64,000 nucleotides of DNA from Eledone cirrhosa (Eukaryota): the NCBI GenBank assembly GCA_964016885.1, contig OZ024743.1, positions 187,798,001 to 187,862,000 on the forward strand. Direction: 5' to 3'. The translations under genes and the position numbers were made by a program. The notes under the pieces are model-generated. The model was not told the origin of the DNA, made no database searches, and saw only the letters and a list, made by a program, of their open reading frames with translations. Positions 48,051 to 61,010 of the stretch are shown here, piece by piece. The first letter of the stretch is position 1. Every line of letters starts with the position of its first letter.

Positions 48051-48226
48051 TGAAGCTCTACAGTAACACATCCAAAAGAAGCCTGAATTTCCTACTGTAA
48101 AAACACTGAAACCAGAAATGATTCCTCCCAAATTGCATCTCCAAGATAATAGAGCAATTTACTGAGAATTACCCTTACTAAGAGAAAAGAAACAAAGCAA
48201 ACAGAAGTTTTATTTTTTTAGACATA

Positions 48227-51200
48227 CTGTGGTTAGCTGAAAAGTTCGTAGGCTGACTATGAAGTAGTGATGCTAGTGTTGTGAAATCTTGCATGCATTA
48301 ATTCCAACTCTTTTTATTAATAATGGTGTTGTTTTCACCCAGGTAAACTAACATCTGACTGTTCAAAGAAGACTTCAAATGTAACTGGTAGCAACTTCTC
48401 TTGAAAATTAACTATATTTGGCATTGTGGTGTTATCAAGTACCTGCAGAAAAAGGATGTAACTTCCAAGTATATTCATGTTGACATGTTTGCTACATTAA
48501 GGGATGCCACTCCAGCTTTACAGTGCAAAAGTGGGCAGCTGAATTTAATGGGGGAAGGGAGAGTCTTGAAGATGATCCAAAGTCTGGACGTCCTGCAACT
48601 GCCACCACTGGGGAAAACATTGATTGTGCTCACCACATGGTGATGGATAACCGACTTGCCATCACCGACGCTGATAAGAAGGTAGCTTGGAAGTGTCACT
48701 ACGAAAGGCTTCTAAATGAGGAGAACAAATGGGAGAAAGACAGTCTCCCCCACATCGACCCAATAGAGGGACCAGCAGTGTTAGTCCAGGGTAGTACAAT
48801 AAGCAAGGCAATCAAAGATATGAAGATGGGTAAGGCGGCTGGTCCTTCGGAAATAGTTGCTGAGATGCTGAAGGCATCTGGTTCGGTGGGACACACCATG
48901 GTCACCCGGATAGTTAACCAAGTCGTACAGAATGGGGTTGTTCCGAAGGACTGGCGTAGCAGCATCATCGTTAACTGCTATAAGGGAAAAGGAGATGCCC
49001 TAGATAGGAGTAACTATAGAGGCATTAAATTAATCGACCAGGTCATGAAGGTCACGGAAAAAGTAATAGCGCAACTAATCAGAGAGAGAATTGATCTAGA
49101 TGAAATGCAGTTCGGGTTTGTGTCAGGAAAAAGTACCACAGACGCTCTTTTCATTGTACGACAACTACAGGAGAAGTACCTAGCTAAAAGTAAACCCCTA
49201 TACTTAGCTTTCGTCGACTTGGAGAAAGCCTTCGACAGAGTCCCCCGTTCCATTATCTGGTGGTCTCTTAGAAAACTAGGTGTTGACGAATGGCTTGTGA
49301 GAGCTATACAAGCCATGTATAAAGAAACAGTCAGTAAGGTTAGAATTAACAACGAATATAGTGAAGAGTTTAGCGTAAAAGTTGGTGTCCATCAAGGCTC
49401 TATTCTTAGCCCCCTACTATTTATTATTGCCCTTCAGGCTATAACAGAGGAGTTCAAGACCGGCTGCCCATGGGAACTCCTATACGCAGATGATCTAACG
49501 CTCATAGCTGAATCAATGACCGAACTAGAGAAGAAATTCCAAACATGGAAGCACGGCCTAGAATCAAAGGCCTTAAAATTAACCTGGCTAAGACTAAAGT
49601 TCTAGTTTGTAGGAAAGAAAATAAGGCGGCGGTCCCATCTGGGAAATGGCCATGCTCAGTGTGTAGGAAAGGCGTAGGCAGAAACTCCATTTTATGTCCC
49701 AAATGCAAAGTATGGGTGCATAAAAGATGTAGTGGGATCACAGGTAAGCTAACTAAGAACATAGATTTTACATGTGGCCGGTGCTCTGGTGCAATAAGTA
49801 GCAGCAAGTGCCCACAAAATACTAGCTCCTTCAACTGCGCAGAGGGTTCTATAGAAATAGTGGACAGCTTCCGTTACCTGGGTGACAAAATCAGCAGTGG
49901 GGGGGGGGGGGGGGGGTGCTCTGAAAGTACAGTAGCTAGAGTCAGAACTGGATGGAAAAAGTTCAGAGAGCTTATACCACTATTAGCCGCTAGAGGGTTC
50001 TCCCTAAAAATGAAAGGCAGGTTATACGATGCCTGCATACGAACAGCAATGCTGCATGTCAGTGAGACCTGGGCATTGTGTGCAGAGGATATACGCAGAC
50101 TAGAGAGGAACGAAGCTTGCATGCTCCGCTGGATGTGCAATAGTAATATACGTGAACGGCAAAGCATAAACGAACTAAGGAAAAAATTAGAAATAAGAGG
50201 GATCAGATGTTGTTTACTCGAGAGAAGGCTACGTTGGTATGGTCACGTGATGCGCATGAAAGACGACAGCTGTATAACAAAGTGCAGGGCAATAAAGATA
50301 GACGGTAGCCACGGAGTAGGCAGACCCAGAAAAACATGGGACGAGCTGATAAATTCCGACCTCACACGCTTACACCTCTCCAAGACAATGTCACTGGACC
50401 GAGACCTTTGGCGGTACTCAGTAATAGAGAAGACCCGCCTTACCTAAATACAAAGTAAAAACCTACTACAGTCAGTAGGCATCTCTATCAAAACACACCC
50501 CCGTCCCACCACCTCCACCCCATCCACACTGCCCCTTTCAATGTAAAGTTATGTTGGTCCCACAACATCCAGGCCGAAACAAATGTGATCGTGTAGGTGT
50601 CACGACAAAAAAAAACACACAACCACGCTGTAAATGTGGCCGTGTAGGCAACACGGTAAAAACCTCCCAGCCCCACACTGTAAATGTGGTTGGTGTTAGG
50701 AAGGGCATCCAACTGTAGAAAACCCGCCAGACAGTCCTATGCGAGCAAGACAACCACTCTTGCCTCAAGTGGGCAAACCCCCGTCCAAACCCATGCAAGC
50801 GTGGAACACGGACGCTAAACCTGATGATGACTATAAATCAAATAGCCAAGGATATTAGCAAATCCCCTGAGAGAGTTGAGAATATTCGGCACAATAAAGT
50901 TGGCAGGACTAAGGTTTCTGTGTGGCGGATGTCATGTCTTCTCGTACCTGATGAAAAGTGCACCAGGCTGATCACAGGAAAATCTGACATTGTTTGATGG
51001 AGATCCAGCTGGTTTCTTTGAACGTTTCCTAACCCAACTTGAGTGTTGTGTTCATAATCTGAGCCAGAGACAAAGAGACAATCCATGCAATGGAAATACC
51101 ACTCTTCACCTGCTCCAAAGAAGGCCAATTTCGTTTCATCTGCAGGGAAGGGTGATGGCCTTGTGTTTATCTTCATAAAGGCCACATTATCAATGGAGAG

Positions 51201-51554
51201 CACTATGCCAACTTGTAGAAGCAGTTTCAAATGGTTATCAAGTCCAAACTTCCAGGAAAACTAATAAAAGTGGTTTTATTTCATCAACAGAATGCTCCAG
51301 CACACTTGTCCTTGGTTTCAATGGCATCTGTGCTTCACTGTGGCTTTGAACTGGTTGATCACTCTCTCATATCTGCTGCTGCTAACCTTTTCTTACCAGT
51401 AGGATGAAAGTCTTCACCAATGGAATCCAAGCACTGCAACACCAAAGAAAGATGTGTGGGGGATGCAAGGGAACTATGTTGAAAAATAAACCTCATTAAG
51501 TCACATTCCATGAGAGTATCTTGGTCAGCCTATGAACTTTTCATTTAACCTTTG
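48227..51554 (+). mobile_element. Mariner DNA transposon, degenerate, with RTE insertion
   Basis: TIRs CTGTGGTTAGCTGAAAAGTTCGTAGGCTGAC and GTCAGCCTATGAACTTTTCATTTAACCTTTG with TA flanks. KWAAEF..GRESLEDDPKSGRP before the RTE; EPETKRQSMQW and LFHQQNAPAH after it. Confidence 0.9.
48654..50830 (+). mobile_element. RTE family A, 5'-truncated, one frameshift, inserted in mariner
   Basis: ORFs 48523-49605 and 49545-50447, 3' UTR and short GATGATGA tail. Confidence 0.95.
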
Positions 51555-52049
51555 TAATATCCTACTAGGATGAATTGCTTCCCAAGAACAAAAAAAAAAA
51601 AAAATCTTGAAAATATACACACAATCCCTAAAAACCACCAAATATGTCAGGAAGGATCACAGTTCAGTTCGCTTTTCTCAGCTTTAACCTTTTCTATTCT
51701 ATTTTTCAATGCTGCTCTTCAACTCAATGAATGGTGAATAGGCCTGTTGACTTGAATTTAAAGCTGCTTCATTTAACTTCATTCATAATTTTATTATTAA
51801 TTAAACTAATTTTCTAATGTTATGATAATTGTAGATCCCAATGTGTGGCAGCACATTATTTGAGGTTTTATAAATTATTTAAGATCTTAGAAAGTATGAT
51901 ATGGAGTTTCAAGATTTTTTAATCATTTGTCCATATCACCATTAAAGAGTTATCAGCATCTCAATCTGGTATCTCTGTCTATAATATATTATAATGATGC
52001 TATAGAATGATATCTGTTTAAAAGTGAATTTTTAGGAATGTATCTAAAG

Positions 52050-52275
52050 AAACTGTGTATAGGAGGGATAAGCTGTAGTGTGCAGGAAAGAAGACTGCGT
52101 TGGATGATCACTGGGTAAAGAAGTGCCAAGAAAATCATGGGTGGAGGTGGTGAGAGCTGACCTCAGATTGCTGAAGCACAAGGAGGAGATGACGGAGGAC
52201 TGTGACGAATGGAGAGAGGCTGTGCTGAATAGGACCCATCCCACCCTTGCAAGCAAGGAAAAACGGACGTAAAAC

Positions 52276-52310
<35 letters not shown>
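52050..52310 (+). mobile_element. Deleted RTE family B 3' fragment
   Basis: Matches about 33700-34020 with internal deletions. (GAT)n tail then (TA)n. Confidence 0.8.
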
Positions 52311-52374
<64 letters not shown>

Positions 52375-53162
52375 AATACTTCATTTAGAGGTTTAGATAC
52401 ATTCCTAAAAATTCATTTTATATATGCCTTAAATATCCCAGTTTTTAGTGACACATCTCTTTTCCTATCATGTGGCTTTTGTCACATTCTCGCACCACAT
52501 CTTGTTGTGCTGGTTAAAACTAGCCAACATTTTCTACTCTGAGTATCTCATTCTCAGTGTATTTCGTTTTGTGTGCCTTCGTCTCAATGGGTAACTGGCT
52601 GTTTTGTTTATGGATAGTAGGAAAAGAGTTTTAACTTTTCAAACAGTTCTTAGTAGAGATACAATTTTATCAAACAACTTTTACCTGTATAAATTATGGT
52701 GATATATCAATTAGTTGATTTTCAGTATTGATTCACCTCTACCAAGTCGATATATGTTAGTTGTCCACACTTGTTGTTTTAGCATTGTTATGGGCATGGA
52801 TTCACTCCAGCCATTAATTCAAATTTGTTTTCATACACCCTGACTCCAACTTCATCACCACCTCCTTGCTTGATTAATGAGCTTATTGATATACTTTGAC
52901 CATTACCATTTAACAGATAAACTGGTAAACTGTACAGTTTACATTTGTGTAATAAATACCATGGGAATACATACAACAGTTGTATATATATATAATGTGG
53001 TGAATATAATGTGGTGAAGTAAACCCTTATTATCTTTTACTTCTTTATAATACCAATACTTCATAATTTTACTGACCTGTGTGATTCTATATCATACTAA
53101 TCAAGATACACTGACATGAAGTATTTCATCCTGCTTACACTAATGTTTATTATTTGATGTTT

Positions 53163-53350
53163 AGCGGTGGATTGGCAGTATCGGTGGAGGGTTGGACACC
53201 ATGCTTTGACGTATAGAGTTACGGCCCTTACCATTCTGAGTTCAATTCCTGCCGAGGTTAACTTTGCCTTTCATCTTTACGGGGTCGATAAAATAAAGTA
53301 CCAGTAATGCACTAGGTATTTGCTGGCCTTGTGTCAAAAGTAGAAACAAT
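53163..53350 (+). mobile_element. tRNA-derived SINE (Nin/Deu-like)
   Basis: Same family as 10741. TSD ATTATTTGATGTTT. Confidence 0.9.
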
Positions 53351-54780
53351 TATTTGATGTTTGTGACTGCACTGTTTAATTAACATAAAATAACAATAAT
53401 TTTGAATATGAAATCCTTTATTGTTTATTATTGTATATTTCAGTAAAATCACTTCAGCTTCTTCATTCTAGAAATGTTAGTACTTTGCCTCAAAAGAGTT
53501 AAAGATTAAACTAAAATCTGTATTTTCGCCATCTTGGAATATTATATCTCTAACCTTCAATGAATAGGTGCATTGGTTGTGTAGTTAATGTACTGGCTAC
53601 ATGATTACTGTTCAGTTACTATTTTACTTCTGTCCTTTTGTTTGAAACCTTAACAGAATAACTACTCTATATACTTGAAAATAAGCTGAGGAATATGTGA
53701 CCAAATAATTGATGGTAAAATCAGGGTTGGCTTTTATTTTCGGGTCAATATTTTGATGACTTTCACTAACTTCAAATCCTACATAAATAAGGTTTGAATT
53801 TTTGCCCATTTCTCATAGATAAAATTGTGGGGTTGACTTATAATTGTAATGGCTTATATTCAAGTATGTACAGTAACTCAACTTATCCTAGTTTTCCATA
53901 CTGTACAAAATACACTCCACTTCAAGAACATTGGTGAGGGGTTTACAATAAGAAAAGCATCCAGCTGTAAAAATAATTACTACAAAATAAAATACATATA
54001 TATCGTTGCACCCAATAATGGAAAAAAAAACCAGATATAAGAAGTAAAAGAAAAAAAAAACATGCCTTGAATAATTTGGAAAATACTGAACAATAACCCT
54101 TGACTAAAGGAAGACAGTGAGAGAATTTCTGTGATAGGTTAAGATAGTAGTCAAATCCATACTATATGCAAAAACAGCTATTAAATATAGTCAGAAATAC
54201 TTGGAAACTCTTTGAGTACATGCTAAACTGATTTATTACTATGTACACCTCAGGCAAGCTCTACAGATGAATCCTTGAATTATATTTAACAATTTAAACT
54301 GTTGTGGGTGATAGTTATAATTTTAATAGTGTCATTGTTGTTGTTGTCTTCTATCATGTTGATGGTAGTGTAATCTCCAGTTGTCCTGTGGTTGTTCCAT
54401 TTAGTGGGCAACTAGCTGTTCTCCATTAAGGACAACATAGAAATAATTCAATATATGATGTTGCTCTTAATGTCTGAAGAGTGATGGAAACCAACCAATT
54501 TTCTATGGCCCCAGTCGTTTTAAGCACAAAACAGGCTGAAAATCGCAACAAAAATGGTTTTCGAAATAAGTGAACTTATGAAGCGGAAATACATATGATT
54601 AGCTCTAAAATATCAGACCTACGATGCCATTCTAGCCATAGCCATTCATTCATTCTTCTCAACGTTGCATATTTAATGTTTCCTTTCCTTTTCAAGATTT
54701 GAGTGAGATCTAACTATTTGAGAATGTCAAATGAACACATAGAGGCACTCTCATTACTTCACCTTATTTTTACTTTCATT

Positions 54781-55081
54781 GGAGGCACATGGTTTAGTGG
54801 TTAGAGCATTTGCCTTGCAATCGAAAGGTTGTGAGTTCAATTCTCAGATTGGGTGATGTGTTGTTTCCTTGAGCAAGACACTTCATTTCACATTGCTCCA
54901 GTTTACTCAGCAAAATGTTTGTGGAGGTGCCACGGCAAAAAAGCACCCAGCACTCACTGTAAATGAGGTTGGTTAGGAAGGGCATCCAGCTGTAGAAATC
55001 AAGCCAGAATCAGTTCCCGTCCCACCCTTGCAAGCAGGGAAAAGCGGACGTAAAATGATGATGATGATGATGATGATGATG
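54781..55081 (+). mobile_element. CORE-like SINE with complete tRNA head and RTE family B tail
   Basis: GGAGGCACATGGTTTAGTGGTTAGAGC (A-box) and GAGTTCAATTCTC (B-box), CORE-like block and tail shared with 33950-34020. Confidence 0.9.
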
Positions 55082-56874
55082 TTTAGTTCCAGGCAAGCTC
55101 TGATCAAATAGCCTTATGATCAAAAGCAGTACCATCGAGTTTATTTAAGGCAGTTTATCTTTGACAACATAATCATCTTTCTTTTTTTAAATGGCACAGT
55201 ATGATTTGTGAGATATATAACTGTTATTTCTAGCAGGTTGAACAACTACTCTGTAGCACTCCTATTGGCTTGTCTTCATTGTGTAGGTAATAAAGGTGAT
55301 AATGATGATGGTGAGAGTAGAGAGGAAGTTTAATACTGGTGATACTAATGTTACCATTATTTAGAATAATAGTTGTGAACTCAAGTGGCATAGAGGTAGT
55401 TGTAGATGGTTTTAACAATGATCATAATATTGGAAACAGATTTTAGTGGTTGTATTATCTTCATGCTTATTGTCTTTGTGGCAGCTATATTAGTAGCAAT
55501 TTTTGGTGGTGATGGTGTTGATTATGAGGATGTCCGTGATCATGATAAAATTGCAAATAGATTTTGCCAAAATACTAGACAGTTTATCAGTATAAAACTA
55601 TAAGGAATGAAAAAATAATTGCAATAAATATAGGACAAAGATATTTATTTTAAAGAAATCTTATAACTTTGGAAAGTTTCCCAACCAGTAGGAACTTGCA
55701 ATTATCTGCTCATTCAATGAAAAGAGCCTGGAAAATAACATTATTACTTATTTCCCTGAACTACTTTGCATTATTATTATTATCATTATTATAGAAATCA
55801 ATTTTATTATTATCACCGTTTATATTATTATTGTTTTCATTTTTATTGTCACATTCCTAAAACAAACTAATGGATAAAACCACTACCCAAACTTTTGGAG
55901 TATTTTAAAAGTCAGTATATAATTAATAAAAAGATGAAACAGGCGATTCTTTTTCCAGCATCATCTGCTCTGTTATTACAGATATTATACAAAATGGTTT
56001 ACAGGAATCTTAAAAGATCATCGAATGTTATCTAGGATATTATTTTCTATAATTTCTGAAAAGAATTCCAAGTATATTTATGACAAAATTCTTGGAACCT
56101 TTAAACAAGAAATAAACAAATTTATTATTGTTTTTTTTTTTAGTCTTCTGGTTTTATTGAGATTAGCCTGTAGTTTGAATTTGTCAATTACTTTAATTAT
56201 GAATATCGTTCTTTGTACAAATTCGTGTCATTACACTTCCTCACATAGTCAGAGAAACAGACCAACGATCTGATAGTTGTTTGCTAAACTATTTTAAGAC
56301 TGACTAACACGTAATATGGAGATTGGACAGCAAGCTGAGATATCAGTAGCTCATACTGTGACACTGTCCCTGTTTTGTATAGTTATAAAGCTGTCTCTAT
56401 ATAGTTAAACAAATCGTAAGAAATAGTAATCAAATCACTCTTAATCACACACTACTATTTTTAATAAAGAAGATACACTGAACAACAGATGGGATGATAT
56501 TGGATAGAATGCCTTTGATCAGAGTGCTGCTGGAGCAGGGATAACCAAGGATTATATAGTAAGAACTTTAATTTATATATTTGTAATTCACTGGGCATAA
56601 TATTACATTTCAGTTTTATCCTTATCAAATAATTTGTGGCTTTGTAAGTTAATCATTAGTATAGAGCAGTGTTTGTAAGCTGGTATGTTAAGTTTCCATG
56701 TTTCAATTCAATCTGGTGTTTTCTACCTGTCAGTAATAACAGTCCACACATCCCACACCTTGTCTTTGTAAGAAGGAAGTACATGGGATGGTCATGGCTA
56801 TAATGCCTTTGATAATAGTACTGTTCAATTCAGGGGATAAACAATAGTATTACAACTGCTATTAAAATTCAGAA

Positions 56875-57195
56875 TCATCATCAACATCATCCTCATTTAA
56901 CGTCTATTTACCATGCTAGCATGGGTTAGATAGGTTGTTTCATTTGAGGCAAGTCAGATCAGATGCTCATGACTTGCTGATACAGAACTGTTTTGGGTTT
57001 GGTTTCTAAAGCTGGATTGCCCTTTGTAACATCTGCCACATTTACAGTGTGGACAGGGAGCTTTTTGTCATGACACTCACACAACCACTTTACTGTGTCG
57101 CCTGGGTGCTTTTTATTGTTGCACCATAGCGACCACTTTACAGTGTGGGCTGAGCGCTTTTTGTTGTGATAATAACACAACCAGTTTACAGTGTC
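56875..57195 (-). mobile_element. RTE-tailed SINE-like element or 3' UTR
   Basis: (CAT)n-TTTAACGTCTAT..CCATGCTAGCATGGG tail and repeated TTTACAGTGT modules. Confidence 0.7.
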
Positions 57196-57239
57196 AAAGA
57201 ATAAAGTCATAGAATTTGGGGCTTAGGATGGAATTTCTA

Positions 57240-58445
57240 TCTAGTCCTTTTCTGTACAATGAGCAGCGCCATTTCCCTGGTGGACTCTGGGTCCTGTTTT
57301 TCTTTCTACATAGGAGGATTTATGCTTAGACAAGTTAAAATTAAGACCTTTTGTTTCTAGGCCATGCTTCCAGGTTTGGAATTTCTTCTGTAATTCTGCC
57401 ACAGTTTCAGCTATAAGGGCTAGATCATCTGCATTCAAAAGTTCCCAAAGGCAGCCAGTCTTGAACTCTTCTGTTATAGCATGTAGGACAATAATAAACA
57501 GAAGTGAGCTAAGGACTGAGCCTTCATGGACACCTATCTGCATACATTTCTCACTATAATCATTGTTAATACTAACCTTGCTGACTGTTTCTCTATACAT
57601 GGCTTGTCCAGCCTTCAGAAGCTGTTCATCTACACCTAGTTTTCAAAGTGCTCACCAGAAAATAGATGGCAGGCTCCATTTAAAGCTATTTCCAGATCAA
57701 CAAAAGCTAATTAGAGGGATTTACCTTTAGCTAGGTACTTCTTCTGCAGTTGCCTCACAAGGAAGAGAGCATCCGTGGTACTTTTACTTGGCACTAATCC
57801 AAACTTTGCATTTGATCTAGATTAACTCAGTCCCCAATCAGCTGTTCCATAACTCTTTCTGTGACCTTCAAAACCTGGTCTATCAAATTGATGCCTGAAT
57901 AGTTTTCTCTGTCTAAAGCAGTGCTACTCAAAGTGGTTGTCCGCGGACAGTGCCGGTATGCGAGCCATCAGCTACCGGTACGCGGCCAGTGTCCAGGCCA
58001 TGCTGAGGAATTGGTTATTAAGATAAAGTACAGGAATAATATGGATATTCATTCTATATTGCACGTGGCACTGTCCTCAATTGAACCACGACTGGATAAA
58101 CTAACAAAGAAGAAGCAGGCTCACCTTTCACACGAGTAAAGATTAAGGTTATATAATTTTTATTTTTGTCTTAATAAACTGCATCTTATTTTTTTTATTA
58201 CTTTTTTATATGTTTTGATATTGTATTATTTTTTTACAAAATAAATAGAAGATAAAAAAATGGTCAACTATTATTATATTCATTATATATATCATTTCCG
58301 GTATAAATTAATATTACTACAAAATATTAGCGGTACGTGGCACATTGAAAAAAAAATACCGGTCCACCACATCAGATAGTTTGAGAAGCACTGGTCTAAA
58401 GCACCTTCTTTGTCCTTGTAGCAGTTGATGATGATGCTGCTATGC
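57240..58445 (-). mobile_element. Older family-A-related RTE RT fragment interrupted by a hAT MITE
   Basis: MYRETVSKV...GVHEGSVLS...EEFKTGCLWELLNADDL, and SIIINCYKDKEGAL at about 58400-58440. Confidence 0.85.
57919..58393 (+). mobile_element. hAT (Charlie/Buster-type) non-autonomous element
   Basis: TIRs CAGTGCTACTCAAA and TTTGAGAAGCACTG. Perfect 8-bp TSD GTCTAAAG at 57911-57918 and 58394-58401. Transposase C-terminus IKIKYRNNMDI...LSSIEPRLDKL..KKQAHLSH. Confidence 0.93.
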
Positions 58446-58928
58446 ATCATTTTATATTACTTTGTTTGCTATAGGGGGTGGCCATGGCATAACACAACAT
58501 CCCTGATTTATAAAAATGTTTATAAAAATTTGAAACAATGAATTATATTATATAACATGAGGAAGAATAGCAAACTGTTTGTCAAAGAGTGAGGAGTTCT
58601 TTACTGATGTTGCTGGGAGGAATAGTGAGAGAGAGAGAGAAGGATATGATAGAGAGAAAATGGAATATAACAGTGAAACATAAAAGAGGTAGAAGTAAGT
58701 AGGTTGGAGGTAAAACTAACAAGGGAAAACAACTGTTGGATTAATGGAATTGGGTAACAGTCAAAATGAGGAGAAATAAACACACAAACACACACGTACA
58801 CACACATGCATGGGCACACATACACACACACAAATATATATAGAGAGAGAGGGAAGGAGATAGAGTCTGCAGAAGCCGAAAGCGCTTGGCGATGTGGTCG
58901 GGATTGTACCTAACTCTCTCTCTCTCTC

Positions 58929-60520
58929 GGTGGGCTCTTAGAAAACTAGGCGTTGACGAATGGCTTGTGAGAGCTATACAAGCCATGTATAAAGAAACAG
59001 TCAGCAAAGTTAGAATTAACAACGAATATAGTGAAGAGTTTAGCGTAAAAGTTGGCGTCCATCAGGGCTCTGTTCTCAGCCCCCTACTATTTATTATTGC
59101 CCTTCAGGCTATAACAGAGGAGTTCAAGACCGGCTGCCCATGGGAACTCCTATACGCAGACGACCTGACACTCATAGCTGAATCAATGGCCGAGCTAGAG
59201 AAGAAATTCCAAACATAGAAGCACGGCCTAGAATCAAAAGGACTTAAAATTAACCTGGCTAAGACTAAAGTTCTAGTTTGTAGGAAAGAAAATAAGGCGG
59301 CGGTCCCTTCTGGGAAATGGTCATGCTCAGTGTGTAGGAAAGGCGTAGGTAGAAACTCCATTTTATGTCCCAAATGCAAAGTATGGGTGCATAAAAGATG
59401 TAGTGGGATCACAGGTAAGCTAACTAAGAACATAGATTTTACATGTGGCCGGTGCTCTGGTGCAATAAGTAGCAGCAAGTGCCCACAAAATACTAGCTCT
59501 TTCAATTGCGCAGAGGGTTCTATAGAAATAGTGGACAGCTTCCGTTACATGGGCGATAAAATCAGCAGTGGGGGGGAGGGGGGGTTTGTGTGCTCTGAAA
59601 GTACAGTAGCTAGAGTCAGAACTGGTTGGAAAAAGTTCAGAGAGCTTATACCACTATTAGCTGCTAAAGGGTTCTCCCTAAAAATGAAAGGCAGGTTGTA
59701 CGATGCCTGCATACAAACAGCAATGTTGCATGGCAGTGAGACCTGAGCATTGTGTGCAGAGGATATACGCAGACTAGAGAGGAACGAAGCTTGCATGCTC
59801 CGCTGGATGTGTAACAGTAATATACGTGAACGGCAAAGCATAAACGAACTAAGGAAAAAATTAGAAATAAGAGGGATCAGATGTTGTTTACTCGAGAGAA
59901 GGCTACGTTGGTATGGACACGTGATGCGCATGAAAGTCGATAGCTGTATAACAAAGTGCAGGGCAATAAAGATAGACGGTAGCCACGGAATAGGTAGACC
60001 TAGAAAGACCTGGGACGAGCTGATAAACTCTGACCTCACACACTTACACCTCTCCAAGACAATGTCACTGGACCGAGACCTTTGGCGGTACTCAGTAACA
60101 GAGAAGACCCGCCTTACCTAAATACATAGTAAAACCTACTACAGCCAGTAGGCATCTCTAACAAAATACACCCCCCACCCCCCACACCCCCACCCCATCC
60201 ACACCACCCCGTTCTATGTAAAGTTATGTTGGTGCCACGCCATCCAGGCCGAAACAAATGAGATCGTGTAGGTGTCACGACAAAAAAACACACAGTCCAC
60301 GCTGTAATGTGGCCGTGTAGGCAACACGGTAAAAACCTCCCAGACCCACACTGTAAATGTGGTTGGTGTTAGGAAGGGCATCCAACTGTAGAAAACCTGC
60401 CAGACAGTCCTATGCGAGCAAGACAATCACTCTTGCCTCAAGTGGGACTACCCCCGTCCAAACCCATGCAAGCGTGGAACACGGACGTTAAACGTTGATG
60501 ATGATGATGATGATGATGAT
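58929..60520 (+). mobile_element. RTE family A, 5'-truncated, two premature stops
   Basis: ORFs 58886-59218, 59330-59746 and 59750-60121 in one frame, then 3' UTR and (GAT)n tail. Confidence 0.95.
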
Positions 60521-60568
60521 ATATATATATATATATACATATATATAAATAATATGAGTAATATTAAT

Positions 60569-60746
60569 TATTTCTACTTTTTGGCACAAGGCCAGCAATT
60601 ATCACAGTGGTACTTTATTTTATCGACCTCGTAAGGATTAAAGGCAAAGTTAACCTCGGCGGGATTTGAACTCAGATCGTAATTGGACGTAACTATACTG
60701 AAAGCATGGCGTCCGACCCTCTACCGATACTGCCAATTCACTGCCC
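60569..60746 (-). mobile_element. tRNA-derived SINE (Nin/Deu-like)
   Basis: Reverse complement of the 10741 family. TSD TATGAGTAATATTAAT. Confidence 0.88.
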
Positions 60747-60837
60747 TATGAGTAATATTAATATTATCCAATTACCACTAAGAGAGTAGCTCAGTGTAAA
60801 ATAACAAATATAATACAGAGCTGGAATACTTTATAGA

Positions 60838-61010
<173 letters not shown>

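Noticed and set aside
54781-54850. tRNA gene
   Set aside because: The acceptor stem is poor and the sequence continues into CORE and RTE-tail sequence, so it is a SINE head.
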